Of a stretch of 60,361 nt of DNA, positions 59,701 to 60,361 are shown in pieces (position 1 is the stretch's first letter; each line of letters begins with the position of its first letter). Position numbers and translations under genes: made by a program. The DNA is from Candidatus Heimdallarchaeota archaeon (lineage in GTDB: Archaea > Asgardarchaeota > Wukongarchaeia > Wukongarchaeales > JBHIFL01). The DNA is taken from the NCBI GenBank assembly GCA_046761065.1, contig JBHIFL010000016.1, positions 1-60,361 on the forward strand, in the 5' to 3' direction. Under the pieces are notes generated by a model that ran no database searches, was not told where the DNA came from, and saw only the letters and a program-made list of their open reading frames with translations.

Positions 59701-60309
59701 TTGGAGGCTAAAACTAGATTGGTTTACTCCAAGAAGCCCCCGTTGCCACGAGAATTCTATGAAAGGGATCCTGAAGACGTCGCAAAAGAATTATTGGGAA
59801 AGATACTTGTTCATCATACCACCTATGGAACACTAAAGGGAAAAATTGTGGAAACTGAAGCTTATTTCAGTAAAAACGATCCTGCATGTCATTTTTATTC
59901 CAAGAAAGCGGCCAAAATATTCCTTCGGGATCATAAGGCAGGAACCGCCTATATCTATTTGTCTTATGGCATACATTGGTTGTTTAATATCATTACCCGG
60001 GGACGGGATAAAGAAGGGGCTGTCCTCATTCGGGCAGTGGAACCCTTAGAAGGAATCGAATTGATGCAAATACATCGAAGAGCAAAGGACCCTAAAAACT
60101 TGACAAGTGGGCCCGGAAAGCTTACGGAAGCCTTCAAGATCATTGGAGAACACCATGGCATAGATCTTACCCAGGGGACATTGTATGTTGCAGATGGGAG
60201 AGAATGTTCAAATATAGGAAGGACACCGAGAATAGGGATTAGCAAAGGAAAAGATAAGTTGCTACGGTTTTACATCAAAGGAAATGACTTCCTCTCGAAA
60301 ACACCCTAG
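59701..60309 (+). CDS. mpg: DNA-3-methyladenine glycosylase (MPG/AAG family)
   Basis: VAKELLGK, IVETEAY, YIYLSYGIH, AVLIRAVEP, SGPGKL, PRIGI. Confidence 0.92.
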   Translation: MEAKTRLVYSKKPPLPREFYERDPEDVAKELLGKILVHHTTYGTLKGKIVETEAYFSKNDPACHFYSKKAAKIFLRDHKAGTAYIYLSYGIHWLFNIITRGRDKEGAVLIRAVEPLEGIELMQIHRRAKDPKNLTSGPGKLTEAFKIIGEHHGIDLTQGTLYVADGRECSNIGRTPRIGISKGKDKLLRFYIKGNDFLSKTP

Positions 60310-60361
60310 AAGCGTTGAACAGAAGTTAGCAACTCAGCGATTTGCTTCTCAATCTTTTGAT

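Noticed and set aside
1-60361. tRNA, rRNA, CRISPR array, cobalamin riboswitch
   Set aside because: By eye I found no cloverleaf/T-loop, spaced direct repeats or B12-box in the intergenic regions. Covariance-model searches were not run.

Overview
AT-rich archaeal chromosomal window, probably from an anaerobic, peptide-fermenting Asgard-type archaeon. This is an inference from the roadblock/LC7 protein, 7TM membrane protein, IPxY-type C-terminal anchor, HdrA-MvhD, FwdC and F420-type LLM. Most of the window is amino-acid, peptide and nucleobase catabolism: surface and soluble peptidases, amidohydrolases, a Dpp/Opp ABC transporter, PreA plus beta-ureidopropionase, and a B12 acyl-CoA mutase with its accessory genes. 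Three loci stand out. (1) 22.5-29.6 kb: CstA permease, two single-domain ArsA/GET3-like ATPases (one with a natural Switch-I Asp->Asn change), three paralogous ~90-105 aa helical proteins, a CxxC thioredoxin-fold protein and a membrane protein resembling CCDC47/DUF1682. This is a candidate uncharacterised ATP-driven transport or membrane-targeting system. (2) 53.2-57.3 kb: an operon ending in a tandem CDC48-type AAA ATPase fused to a Lon Ser-Lys protease domain, coupled to a membrane protein. (3) 17.1-22.3 kb: two outward-facing methyltransferase paralogs share an apparently identical, GC-rich 741-bp inverted repeat around a B12-handling cassette. Smaller items are a frameshifted gene, an SDR relic, a truncated Pycsar-effector-like gene, an unannotated small ORF beside a nucleotidyltransferase, and degenerate IS200/IS605-like ends. 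No tRNA, rRNA or CRISPR array was seen. All family calls come from motif recognition by eye, not database searches.
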